DNA of 64,000 nt, from assembly GCA_964016885.1 (NCBI GenBank), contig OZ024740.1, forward strand, positions 142,600,001-142,664,000, written 5' to 3'. This document shows, piece after piece, positions 1-12,370 of the stretch; positions within the stretch are counted from its first letter, which is position 1; each line of letters opens with the position of its first letter. The notes below the pieces were generated by a model. It was not told the DNA's origin. It made no database searches and was given only the letters and a program-made list of their open reading frames with translations. A program made the translations under genes and the position numbers. Origin of the DNA: Eledone cirrhosa (Eukaryota).

Positions 1-1322
1 TTCTTACCCTAGTTATTGTACTTTCTGAGCACCCACCTCCGTTGCTAATTCGGTCACCTAGGTAGCAGAAGCTGTCTACTGTTTCTACAGGGCCCTCCCA
101 GAGATTGGTGGTACTTGTTTCCTGTGGCTGTTTGCTTGCTGTTTCAGCACAGCTGCTGCATGTGAATCCTACATTCTTAATTAAGCTTCCTGAGATCCCG
201 CTACATCTCTTGTGTACCCATTGTTTGCATTTGGGGCAGAGAATGGAGTTCCTACCTACACCTTTCCTACATACTGAGCAAGGCCATTTCCCTGAGGGGA
301 TCTGGGTTCTGTTTTCTCGTCTACTTACAAGGACCTTAGTCTTTGTCATGTTGACTTTGAGGCCCTTTCTCTCTAGTCCCTGCTTCCAGGTTTGGAATTT
401 ATTCTCTAGTTCTACCATAGATTCAGCTATGAGTGGAGGTCATCAGCATACAGGAGTTCCCATGGGCATCCGGTCTTAAACTCCTCCGTTATTGCCTGCA
501 GGACTATGATGAACAGGAGAGGGCTAAGAACAGAGCCCTGGTGGACCCCAACCTGTACGCTAAATTCCTCGCTATACTCATTGCTAATCCTAACTTTGCT
601 GACTGCTCCCCTATACATGGCTTGTACCGCTTTCACAAGCCATTCATCTACTCCTAGTTTTCTAAGAGCCCACCAGATTACTGCACGTGGAACTCTGTCA
701 AAGGCTTTCTCAAGGTCGACAAATGCCAAGTAGAGTGGCTTACTTTTAGCTAGGTACTTTTCCTGTAATTGCCTCACAAGGAAGAGGGCATCAGTGGTGC
801 CTCTCCCTGGTACAAACCCAAATTGCATCTCGTCTATATTCACCCGGTCCCTAATCAGCTGTGCTATAACTCTTTCTGTTACTTTCATGACCTGGTCCAT
901 CAACTTTATACCTCTATAGTTTCCTCTATCTAGTGCATCGCCTTTACCTTTGTAGCAGTTGACAATGATGCTACTGCACCAATCTTTTGGTATGGCCCCT
1001 TCTAGTATTACCTGGTTAACGATACGTGTGGTTATAGTGTGACCTACAGACCCAGATGCCTTCAGCATCTCGGCAGCTATACCCGATGGACCGGTTGCCT
1101 TCCCCATCTTCATATCTCTGATTGCCTTACTTACTACGCTGCCGCTGACTTGTACTGCTGGTCCCTCTATAGGGTCTACCTGGGGTAGGGTCTCTTCTTC
1201 CCATGCATTCTCCTCATTTAGTAATCTATCATAATGACTCTTCCATGCATCTTTCTTCTCAGCACTTGTGAGGGCAAGCTCACCTTTATCATTCCGGATA
1301 CACTTCTCTCCAATGACATCAC
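1..1322 (-). mobile_element. RTE-clade LINE fragment (reverse transcriptase with PHD-like insert), disrupted
   Basis: ORF 427-1113 has RT motifs (NYRGIKL, QFGFVPGRGTTDA, FVDLEKAFD, GVHQGSVLSP, YADDL). The downstream reading includes WPCSVCRKGVGRNSILCPKCKQWVHKRC. Confidence 0.93.
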
Positions 1323-1451
1323 AACTATCTAATAGCTGCTCTGGGAATGATTAAGAAGCATACAGACAGATATATAGCAAAAACCCTAGACACTTCATAC
1401 ATATTACAAAAAGTACTCTCAATACAAAATAAGACTCATAATGTTGATGAT

Positions 1452-2420
1452 TGTTTCTAATATTGGCACAAGGCCAGTCATTTTGAGGAAAGGGAAAGTC
1501 AATGAAATCAACCTCAGTGCTTGACTGGTACTTTATTTTATCGATCCGAAAGGATGAAAGATAAAGTTGACGGAGGCAGCATTTAAATGCAGAACATAGA
1601 GAGCTAGAACAAATATTGCTAAATATTTGTCTGATGCTCTAACGACTCTGCTAATTCACTGCCCACTCATGATGATGATGATGATAACAATAATGGTTTC
1701 TGATTTAGACACAAGATCAATAATTCTTGGGGAGGGGAAAATCATTTAAATTGACCCCAGTGCATTACTGGTACTCTTTTTTATCGACCTTGTAAAGATG
1801 AAAGGCAAAACTAACCTTGGCAGGATTTGAACTCAGAATGTAAAAGGCCATAACTATATGCCGCAAACCATGTTGTCCAACGCTCTAATGACTCTATTAT
1901 AATAATAATAATGATTTCTACTTGAGGCACAAGGCGAGTAATTTGGGGCAGGTGAAAGTCAAATACATCAACCCAGTTCTTTACTGGTACTTTATGTTAT
2001 TGACCCCAGAAAGGATTTGAATTCAGAACATAAAGAGCAGGTTCAAATTCTGCTAAGCATTTGTCCAATACTCTAATGATTCTGCCAATCCACAAATAAT
2101 AATTGTTTCTACTTTAGGCACAAGGCCAGCAATTACCCAGTACATTACTGGTACTTTATTTTATCGACCCCGTAAGGATGAAAGGCAAAGTTAACCTCGG
2201 CGGGATTTGAACTCAGATCATAAAGGGCCGTAACTCTATGCTGCAAAGCATGGCGTCCGACTCACTACCGATACTGCCAATCCACCGCCCTAATAAATAA
2301 TCCACAAATAATAATAATAATAATTGTTTCTACTTTAGGTACAAGGCCATTAATTTGGGGAGAGGGAAAAGTTGCTTAAATTGACCCCCAGTGCAATACT
2401 AGTACTTTATTTTATCGAAC
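1452..2420 (-). repeat. Head-to-tail cluster of about 5 tRNA-derived SINE copies
   Basis: Repeated units containing ggcacaaggccag...tggtactttattttatcgacccc...ggatgaaaggcaaag...ggatttgaac (B box on minus strand), separated by (aat)n/(gat)n. Starts near 1452, 1693, 1912, 2100 and 2322. Confidence 0.85.
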
Positions 2421-2551
2421 CCTAATAGTAATAATTTTGTTTATAATTTATATAAAATAAAAAAGGATAGGACAAAAAATGTATACAACATAAGATGTAT
2501 TATTTTTTTGATTACACAGATAAGTAAATAAATATACAAATATACACAAAT

Positions 2552-2965
2552 ATACTGTATATACTCCTATATAAGCCAAGAAATATGTGTCAAAAAATTG
2601 ATGGTAAAATAGTGGGAGGTGACTTATATTCAAGGCCCATACTTTGTTGATTTTCACCAACTTCAAAATTCTATATAAATGAGGTGCTAAAATATTTTCG
2701 CTCTGGAGGTGAATATTACACTAGTTTCACTTTGGAATGAATATGGCCTTCAAGATGGTCAGAAATTGGTAAAAAAAAAACAAAAAAACACGACATAATG
2801 GAGTAAATATGAAAATATAAAAAACTTCATAAATATATTTTCCACTCATGAGAATTTCAAAACTGTACCATCTAAACAATGTCTCAGCTTATAAATAGAA
2901 TTTGTATTTTTGCTTATTTCTCAGACATAAAATAAGGGTTAGCTTATATTCGAGTATATATAGTA
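2552..2965. mobile_element. Non-autonomous Tc1/mariner (pogo/Tigger-like) DNA transposon
   Basis: Ends tactgtatatactcctatataagcc ... gcttatattcgagtatatatagta form imperfect TIRs with TA ends. A related copy lies at about 17990-18460. Confidence 0.6.
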
Positions 2966-3662
2966 ATTAAATAAAATGAAAGTAAAACACAGATTAAATA
3001 AAAGCAACCAATCATTCACTGAGTGATGAATTGTGTTTGGTAAGGGCACTCAATGACACCAATTGCCTTCCAATTCCATCTACTCTGTATCCAAGAAACA
3101 CAGGTTTTCAAGTGGGCATTTGTAGTGTTTATGGTATACATCAAGATTTATAGCCAATGTAAGTTGGCGCCCTCCAGCAGTCTATTTTTCCATGCTCCAT
3201 GTAATCAGGGCCTATCTCACAAATCTGCATTTGAATTATTTCCTAAGTCTGTTTTCAGGTTGTTTAAATCATCCATATGTGACCTAGTGTGATCATAAGG
3301 TCGTAGTTTGATTGCTGGTCTGGGTGGTGAGCTGTCTGCTCTGCACCAGTGTCATCACTTTTCTTTCTGCATCCAAAATGTGATACAGTTGCAAAATAGC
3401 TTTCTGGTACTTGGAAGTCATTTACGACTTGCTTATCTATACAAGATGGAATAAAGTTGAAGTAAGTGTAGACAAAGAGGAGATACAAATGACCAAAGTC
3501 ATCGATAAGGTCACAGATAGTGAGTAAAGGACTTTGATAATTAATTAATTAGTTCATTAACTAACTGATTAATGTAATAATTACAAGAAATATAAAACAA
3601 AACATCAACTAAAACACACCCAGTGCATATTGGCAACATGACTATCCTAAGATACAACTTAC

Positions 3663-3751
<89 letters not shown>
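3663..3751. repeat. (TA)n microsatellite
   Basis: Directly visible; abuts the left arm of the 3749-4287 palindrome. Confidence 0.98.
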
Positions 3752-3756
<5 letters not shown>

Positions 3757-4287
3757 ATACTTTGGGAGGGTCATGTTGCCAATAAGAAACACACGCACCA
3801 GTTGCTTTCACTTCAATTTATTATATATTTATAAATTTATAAATTTACAAATCTACAAACTTATAAGTTTCTGGTTGGTTGGTTGGTTCCACAACCAGAT
3901 AGTTGTTTATATATAGTCATAGTCCTTTCGTCACACACTCTGTGACCTCATCAGTGACTGGGGATTCCTTTCTTTGTTTCTGTGCCTTTCCTTTCTTCTG
4001 TCCTACGCCATTTTGTTTCTGTGTGTGGCGTAGGACAGAAGAAAGGAAAGGCACAGAAACAAAGAAAGGAATCCCCAGTCACTGATGAGGTCACAGAGTG
4101 TGTGACGAAAGGACTATGACTATATATAAACAACTATCTGGTTGTGGAACCAACCAACCAACCAGAAACTTATAAGTTTGTAGATTTGTAAATTTATAAA
4201 TTTATAAATATATAATAAATTGAAGTGAAAGCAACTGGTGCGTGTGTTTCTTATTGGCAACATGACCCTCCCAAAGTATAACAATAT
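3749..4287. mobile_element. Palindromic Penelope-like pLTR remnant (262-bp inverted arms, 15-nt spacer)
   Basis: 3749-4010 is the reverse complement of 4026-4287. The terminus atattgttatactttgggagggtcatgttg also occurs at 9830, downstream of the Penelope ORF 10418-11464. Each arm contains a hammerhead motif. Confidence 0.85.
4077..4121 (+). ncRNA. Type I minimal hammerhead ribozyme (mirror copy 3915-3959 on minus strand)
   Basis: agtca-CTGATGA-g-gtcac agagtgt gtgac-GAAA-ggac-TA-tgact: stem I agtca/tgact, stem II gtcac/gtgac, very short stem III. Confidence 0.85.
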
Positions 4288-5109
4288 CGGTTTCAACACA
4301 CGATTTCAGAAACAAATTCAGAAACGAAATATATATATATATATATATATATACTATAAATGGAATATAGTTCTTGTTACTGTTGAGCGATTTTTGATGT
4401 AATGAAGTACCTCGGCCCTGATCCCATTATAAAAGTAACTACTACCATGGACCTGTTATAACTGAGTCTTCCTCAAAATTTGGACCCAATCTCACACTGC
4501 TAACTGCTTCCATGCAGATCAGCAAGAAATTTGACAGACTCTCTAGATAGTAGATTATGTGTTACTCTTTAGACATTAAACATTTTATATCAAACTTTCA
4601 CTCTAGTATTTATCTGGTATTTATTTTTGGTTAATACATTTATGCAGTACATTCCTTTCAATTCTATTCAATTCTATTCTATTCTATTTTATTTTGATTC
4701 TATATTATATTTCTTATCCAGCTGGAGTACACCTTACTCTAGAGTTTAATGTTTATCATATAGTTCATGTAAAATTCTGATACCACATATTTCAGTATGG
4801 TATCGAAACCAAGAGCTAATGACTCACTTTCTTTAACTATATATATCAATTATCAATCATTAATGGTTTCTTGCTACCTCTCTTACTTCCTTGCTAATTT
4901 AGATATTTGATTATCTACACATATAATTTATTTACCGCCTAACCTTCAATATTGTTCAGTTATGCTATTTGGAGGGAGGTTATTGTTACCCTGTTATCTT
5001 CTTATTGTCTTATATTTTTATAATGTTAGGGCATTTAATCTAATTGAATTAACTACATTATATTACATCCTATATTATACTACACTTAATAGTTTATCCC
5101 ATACATAAT

Positions 5110-6520
5110 ATAATATTTAACAACCCCTCTATTCAATAATAGCTACAGGTTTAATTTAATTTAATTCTAACTTCAGTTCTACTTTCAATTAGACACCTAC
5201 TTTTTATACCTAAGGCAAGCTATAAATATAATTAGTTACCTCTACCATGTAATTTACCATGCCATGGAGAAAAATAAGAATGAATAGGTAATCTGTTACC
5301 TATCTACCATCATATCATCTTCATCAGTATTTTGAGCATTGTGTGGTGATGGTTAAACCATTCACTGACCACGTGTGATCCTTTGAATAATACATAGGTT
5401 GGATAAACTTGAGTGCTTGGAATTAATTAATTAATTTTCACCTCCTTTCATTATTTGAATATATTCTAAAGGTGGTGGATTGGCAGTATCGGTAGAGGGT
5501 CGGACGCCATGCTTTGCAGCATAGAGTTGCGGCCCTTTATGGTCTGGTTCAAATCCCGCCGTGGTTAACTTTGCCTTTCATCTTTACGGGGTCAATAAAA
5601 TAAAGTATCAGTAATGCACTGGGATAATTGCTGGCCTTGTGCCAAAAGTAGAAACAATAATTTGAATATACTCAGTCACTAGTAACCTATTTTCCTTGGA
5701 CTTTGCTGATATGAGGACTGTTAGGCCAGTCTTAGTTGCACTACACCACATTCTCATCCTCAATATAAACACATATGCGCACGAAATAGTTTGATTAACC
5801 CTTAATCATCCCAAAATTTATTTCCAGAATCTTTGACATTAGGATTAAAATTAACTTTATTTTTTTTTTATATTTTCTTATTTTTACATTTTTATATTTT
5901 TATATTTTCATATCTTTCATATTACATCTTATATATACTACATCCCATAGTACATTCCATATGTAATGTAATATCTAACGGCCCCTCTATTCAACATTAG
6001 CTACAGGTTTAATTTAATTTTGATTCCAGTTATACCTTCAACTATACACCTACATTTTCTACCTATGCAGTTATATGTAATTAGTTATCTCTAACATTTA
6101 ATTTACCTCACCATGGAATCAAATAAGAATATGTAATCTGTTACATATCTATCATCATGTAATTTCCATTTTGTGAGCATTATATAGTGTACATTAAGCC
6201 ATTAACCAACAATATGTGGTCATTTGAATAAGGCACAGTCAAACAAACTTTGGTTTTATAACTTGAGTGTTTGGAATTAATTAATTCCTTAATTTTCCCC
6301 TCCCTTCAGTATTTGAAAATACTCAGTCATTAATAATCTATTTTCTTTGATCTTTGCAGAGTTGAGTTGTACTATGACATCAGTCTTGGTTGCACTGCAC
6401 CACATTTTTATCCTCAATATAAACACACATGTGTGCTAATAGCTTTATTAATCCTTAATAATTTTATTTTATATTTTTTACTTTCAAAAATATTTGACAT
6501 TAGTACTTAAATTAACCACC
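5110..6520 (+). repeat. Diverged tandem duplication (about 5110-5850 and about 5970-6520)
   Basis: Shared blocks such as cccctctattcaa..tagctacaggtttaatttaat and gtcttagttgcactacaccacatt / gtcttggttgcactgcaccacatt. A SINE interrupts only copy 1. Confidence 0.75.
5471..5660 (+). mobile_element. Full-length tRNA-derived SINE
   Basis: A-box-like tggcagtatcgg, B box ggttcaaatcc, core gcctttcatc..acggggtc.ataaaataaagtac, tail gctggccttgtgccaaaagtagaaacaat. Flanked by the repeat atttgaatata. Confidence 0.88.
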
Positions 6521-7096
6521 TTTGTAACACTTTTGATAATTATTTTTATTCTCAATTTATCTTCTCTTATTTTATTCTAACTAATTTATTTATTAAAATT
6601 TATTTAATATAAAATTCACACCTAATTTCATAAATTTTATAAATTTTTTGTAATCTTTATAATTTTCTTAATCATGTAATTCTTGGAACCTATATAATTC
6701 TTGGAACCTTTATATTTTTTATAACTGTTTATAACCTTTTATTCCTTATTGTATACAATCATTATATCGTTTTAACCTTTTAAGTCTTAACCATCATGCT
6801 ACACTGGCTCTCTGCTAGTGTCTACTGACACAGTTTAATAACCATTGACCTCAGCAGTGGTGGAAGCCATCCCCGAATCAAAACCAGTCCTCTATTTTCT
6901 ATTTTCTTTTCTCTGTTTGTGTTCACCAGAATCCTGTTATCTTATGTAACTAATTCTGCAATTAACCTCTGATGAAATCGTTTAGGTCTTGCATAATATT
7001 CAGATGATGAAGCTGGGCCTTTGAAATATGTATAGTGTTTTTGTGGAATTACAATTATAAAGTTTCCAGTCCAGCCATCTGTTGTTGTTTGTAATG

Positions 7097-8060
7097 TCAT
7101 CATCATCATCATCATTGTTTTTATGTCTGCTTTTCCATGCCGTGCATTGGTTGGCTGGCTCCTACTCAGCACGGCATCTCTCAACGCATCATGATACTTT
7201 GTCATAACCTCAGTAAGTCTCAGTGATTTGAGGTCAGCTTTTACCCCCTCTGCCCAGGTCTTTCTGGGTCTACTTCTACTGCAACTTCCTTCCACTGGCA
7301 TTTCCAGGCACTTCTTCACCCAACAATCATTGTCCATGCACATCACATGTCCAAACCAACAGTCTTCTCTCTGTATATAATATATAAATATCCCTGCTGG
7401 ATATGCAGGAAAAGAGTAGGCAGAAACTCAATCCAGTGTCCCAAATGCAAACAGTGGGTAAACAAGAGATGTAGTGGGAAAACAAGTCTAGCAAAACCCA
7501 CAGATTTCATATGTGGGCCCTGCACAGGGGTAGTAAGCAAAGACCCTCATGTAGCAAGCTGCTTCAATTGCACAGAAGACCCCCCCCCTCATAGAAATAG
7601 TTGATAGCTTCTGCTATCTAGGTGACCAAATCAGTTGTGGTGGTGGTTGCGCAAAAAGCACAGTTGCAAGAGTAAGAATACGATGGAAAAAGTTCAGGAA
7701 GCTACTGCTGCTGCTAACTACAAAAGGTCTCTCACTCAAAATAAAAGGCTGACTGTATGATGCCTGCATGTGCTCAGAAATGCTACATAGAAGTGAAATA
7801 TGGGCTCTGTGTGCCGAGGACTTATGGATATTGGAAAAAAACAAAGGCTGCATGATCAGATGGATGTGTAACAGAAATGTGTGTGAACGGCAAAATGTAA
7901 ATATATTGAGTGTGAAACTGGGCCTAAGAGGGATCAAATGCTGAGTGCAGGAGTGAAGACTGCAGTGATATGGTCACATGATGCACATGAAGGATGACAG
8001 CTGTTTAGAAAGATGCAGGGCCTTAGAGGTTGGAGGATGCCCCAAAAGAGGAAGACTCCG
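7097..8060. mobile_element. RTE LINE 3' fragments in opposite orientations (7097-7346 minus; about 7390-8060 plus)
   Basis: Minus: CWVKKCLEMPVEGSCSRSRPRKTW with (gat)n tail. Plus: PHD-like PCWICRKRVGRNSIQCPKCKQWV followed by FCYLGD. Confidence 0.85.
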
Positions 8061-8699
8061 AACTTGGCTCATAACGGCGCCATCCAGACCCACACTGCAA
8101 ACACAGTCGATGGCAGGCTCACCCAGTAATATGGCTCCCTTTATGAGTAAGGCTTGATGCAACCAACTGACCCAACCTCCCTCATAAAGTATGGTTCTGC
8201 TGTGAGCAGCATATGGCACAGCCAACTGGCCTGCCTCTCCTCACAATGGTGCCATCCTGTTCTACACTGTAAATGCGGTTGCAGTTCCCAAACTATGGTT
8301 CTGCTGTGAGAAGGGTTTGGTGCAGCCAACTGGCCTGTCCCCCATCATAATTGTGCCATCCAGTTCCATACTGTAAATGTGGTTGGTTTTAGGAAGGGCT
8401 TCCAGCTGTAAAAATCCTGGCCAAATTTACTGTCCCATTGGAGCAAAGTACAGCATGGCCAATTCTGGCTAGACTTGTCTCTCAACATGGACAACCCATC
8501 TAACCCATGCAAGCTTGGAAAATGGACGTTAAATGAAGATGATGGTAATGATACTTTTTTACTCTTTTACTTGTTTCAGCTGACTGGCTGAAGTTATGCT
8601 GTGGCACCACCATTAAAATGTAAACATATATATATATAAACATATATATATGGAAACATATATATATATATAAAATGTAAACATATATATATATATATA

Positions 8700-8960
8700 T
8701 ACCAACTGTGTTGGTATGGCCATGTGATGCATATGGAAGATGACTGCTGGGTGAAGAAGTGCCAAGTAATCCCAGTGGAAGGAAGATGCAGTAGAGGAAG
8801 ACCACGAAAACATGGGCGGAGGTGATGAGAGCTGACCACAGATTGTTGAAGCTCACAGAGGAGATGGCGAAGGACTGGGACAAATGGAGAGATGCTGAAG
8901 AGGATCCATCCCACCCTTGCAAGCAAGAAAAAGCGGACGTAAAACAATGATGATGATGTT
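8700..8960 (+). mobile_element. RTE LINE 3' end
   Basis: Reads WYGHVMHMEDDCWVKKC..VEGRCSRGRPRKTW; tail gcggacgtaaaacaatgatgatg. Confidence 0.8.
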
Positions 8961-9829
8961 ATATGTCCCACATGCATTTCCCAGCTTGGTCAATGACATG
9001 AATGCCTTAGTGTTGTTAAGAGGCAGTACTGCTGCAACCTGTCTAACCAATGCAGACAATATAGACACGGGAAACGTAAACTGTTGATGCTGATGATATA
9101 AACATATATAAATATCTAGGTATGCAAAAAAACATCGATTCTCTGCCTTGACTTTCCATACAACTAACACTTAACATTTCAACTTAGATCCCCATTTATC
9201 TATCTGAATTCACCCAACCAGTATGATACATATTCCGATATATGGATGTACAGATACTCCATCATCATCCATGGACATGCATCGAAAGACAGACCCTTCA
9301 CAGGAATTATTATTGCTATTGATACTGTTGTTACTATGTCTGTATATACTATATATATATATCATATAGTAGACATCACATTGCCCAGTCTGTGTTCCTC
9401 TATTCTCCCTTCTTATCTTTTCTATGCATCAGTGTTATTCTTCTTTGTCGGCATGTTGGACTACAGTCCATGTTATTTCTTCTGTTTTACTATTTCTCTC
9501 CTTTCTATATTTTTCTCATTTGGATAACCCCTTGGATACTGTTTTCTCCCTTCTTTGTCAGTTGATGCACTTGAGATATTTGTTCATCTATATTTGTGTA
9601 ATTTGCTTAAAGGTATAACTTGTCTTTGCCAGTTTTGTTATGTCCCAATGTGTACTGGAATAAATGGTATCAACCTTAATGAACCGAAACTGTAGTGATT
9701 TCCTGAGGTTGACTTAGGAGATGGAACTGTCCAGCTTTCCATTATTTTTTCCATTGTACTTGTCCCGTTTCCAATATATATATGACTTTCTTTTGCAAGG
9801 TTTTTGATATGAAATCATGTGTTAAAACA

Positions 9830-11464
9830 AATATTGTTATATTTGGGGAGGGTCATGTTGTCATAATATTGCCAGAAGTATATAATAAAACACACTCACT
9901 GTTTGGTTTGGGTTGGGTTGGTTTTTGCTTCTATAATTAATTTAGCTGGCAATCAATGTTTTTCTTTGATTGTCCAACACTTAAAACTATAGATATAAAT
10001 ATAGTCTCTCAGAGTTCTTTCGTCACACACTTGTGACATCATCAGAGATACTATAATGTTTCCTCCCGTTGTATTGCTGGAATGTTTGCTTATTCTATTC
10101 TATTTATTTATTTATTGTTGTCTCTGTTTGTGCATGCGTTTGTGTACATGTTTTCTGTTTGGTGTGTGTTTGTGTCTAAATCTGTGTGTTTGTGTTCTAT
10201 CTTTGGTCACCAGTGTGTGTTTATGTGTGGTTGTTGTTATTGTATCTGTGTATATTTATTTATATTTATCTTAGATCACTATTGTATGTTTGTGTATGGT
10301 TGTTTTTGTTGTTGTTGTTATTCCATTCATGTTTTCTATTCAGCTTCGGTTTTCTTAGTTCTATTTCAGTTGCTTCCCTAATTTGTCTACTTGTTGAGTC
10401 ATTTCTATGTTTAGATATTATTTAATTTCAATGTTCTCTATATTACCATCATGTCTTAGTCTGGCATGTTCATATAGTACCGAACTGTCTTTTTGTCCTT
10501 TTAATACACCCCAGTATTCATCTATACCCTCCCCTATGATCCAGGCTGTCTCTCCTATGTATGTTATTGTCATGTTTCTGCAGGCACCCTCTGTACATCG
10601 TATGCTATAGACTACATTTCTAGTTTTACAATTTATTTGTGGATTTATTCTACATATAACACCTTTCTTATTAATACAGAGGGTTTTCTTAAAGGAGTAA
10701 GTTTTGCTGATCAGGAATTTTATGGAAGCTCCTGGCTTTTCTACCACTTTAATCTTTAAATGCGTCTTTCTTAGGGCCTTTCTAAATTGGTTAGCTAGTT
10801 CACCTCCAGTGGTTGCATCCACGAACATGACACTCTGGTATCTCTGGTTGTTGTACCATGAAGTGGCTTTCCCTATCTTATGTTTAGTCCTATCTATGCT
10901 ATTCCATGATTTGCTCTGTAGTGGGCAAATCTCTTTCATTTCCATCTCTATGAGGGTCTTATATTTCTCTGTGGCTCCTTTGTACACCCTCATTCTGTTT
11001 CTTTGGTTGTAGCCAGAGAACTGCATGTGATTGATGAAGTGTTGTACGTGTCTCTCCAGTTCAGTTAGATCACACATGCGGGACACATTCTTCATCACTC
11101 TTATCAAGTCTGCAATTAGGATATTAGACTTAGCACTATTGGACATCGCAGAGTTTTTGTGTATAAGGTATTTGGAGGCCATGGGTTTAGCATAATGGGA
11201 GTGGAGGATTTGGGTTTTCTTGTTTATAGTATGTAACCAGAGTTCAGTATCTAATACTGGTAGTCTATTATTACTGTGTTTGAAAGGGTAGTCGATAGTT
11301 ACTGTAATGCTCTGGTATATGGAATTAGCTATCTGCTGGATGCTCTCCATGGTGTTAGTTTCTAATTCGAGTTTATTGGTACTTTCTTGTGGGGGTGTTT
11401 TTATTACTATATTAATATCATCTATGTAATCAAATATAGCATAAGTGACTCTTTTTCTGGCCAT
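9830..11464 (-). mobile_element. 5'-truncated Penelope-like element (RT C-terminal part plus GIY-YIG endonuclease, then 3' pLTR)
   Basis: ORF 10418-11464 has YIDD, LPVLD, CKTRNVVYSIRC and YIGET. The 3' region carries a hammerhead and the same terminus as the 3749-4287 element. Confidence 0.9.
10001..10055 (-). ncRNA. Type I hammerhead ribozyme in Penelope pLTR
   Basis: Minus strand: tct-CTGATGA-t-gtcac aagtgt gtgac-GAAA-gaac-TC-tgagagactata; homologous to the 4077-4121 motif. Confidence 0.75.
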
Positions 11465-12047
11465 AAAAAAATCTATATCAGTTGCTCATGATTTCTTATA
11501 AAAATATTAAATCTCAAATTTAAACAACTGATGAAGTATGAAGTTGTGACTTTCATGCTTTTCCAAAGGAAATTTAACAGTGCATGTAAGGAAAGCCATT
11601 CAGTCTGTTAATTAAAATTGGGTCACATATTTTGTTTTGCTATGAACACAACTTCACAACAAAGTACTGGCTAGACTTGCCAGCATGGAAGCTGTATTCA
11701 ATCGCTCAGCCTGCTAGAAATAGCAGTCATGTTTCCCACTAATCAAACCCTACCATCTTTAAAAGAAAGGAAAGATGCATTGGAAACACTGAGCCTGAAA
11801 AACAACCAGAAAAGGTGGGATGATCACCAGAGTTTAAAAGAGTACTAGTCAAAGAAGCAGCTATGAAAAAAAAGAAATGCATGAAATATTACAATCTTTA
11901 TTATAAATTTAATTGCAATAATTATATAAGTTACTTTTATTTTATTTTAAAATAGAGACAACTTTATAGATATAATATTCACTAAGAATTTGGGGACCTT
12001 AATGGGTATTAAATTTAAGTCCATATAAAGCATGAATTGTATATATA

Positions 12048-12240
12048 TCATCATCACTGTTTTACGTCCGTTCTTCCACGCTAGCATGGGTTAGACGGGT
12101 TGTCCTGTTGTGGGCAGTGTCTGGTCGGCTGACCATGCCTTGCTCATACAGGAACTGATTTGGCTTGATTTCTACAGCTGGATGCCCTTCCTAACACCAA
12201 CCTCATTTACAGTGAGTGCTGGATGCTTTTTCGTGGCACC
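12048..12240 (-). mobile_element. Short retroposon sharing the RTE 3' tail
   Basis: catcat..gttttacgtccgttcttccacgctagcatgggttagacggg matches the 3' end of the RTE at 46570. Confidence 0.7.
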
Positions 12241-12333
12241 TACATATATATGAAAAGTATACAGAAAAAACACAACACACAATGAATTACAATGAAGATA
12301 TTTATTAGTTTCACACTTAATATAGTAGGAAAA

Positions 12334-12370
12334 GTCTTGACGTTTCGGACGTTGGTCATTCATCAGAAAA
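12334..12370 (-). ncRNA. Minimal hammerhead ribozyme motif (Penelope-type GAAACGTC)
   Basis: Minus strand: tttt-CTGATGA-atgaccaacgtcc-GAAACGTC-aaga; stems short and imperfect. Confidence 0.55.

Noticed and set aside
3259-3461. Possible + strand exon (ttttcag ... gtaagt)
   Set aside because: Stops in all three frames; could be a UTR exon but is unsupported.
4776-4812. Hammerhead-like ctgatacc...ggtatcgaaac
   Set aside because: The core lacks the GA of CUGANGA; at best a decayed remnant.
5471-5560. SINE heads as functional tRNA genes
   Set aside because: No complete cloverleaf; they continue into the SINE core and tail.
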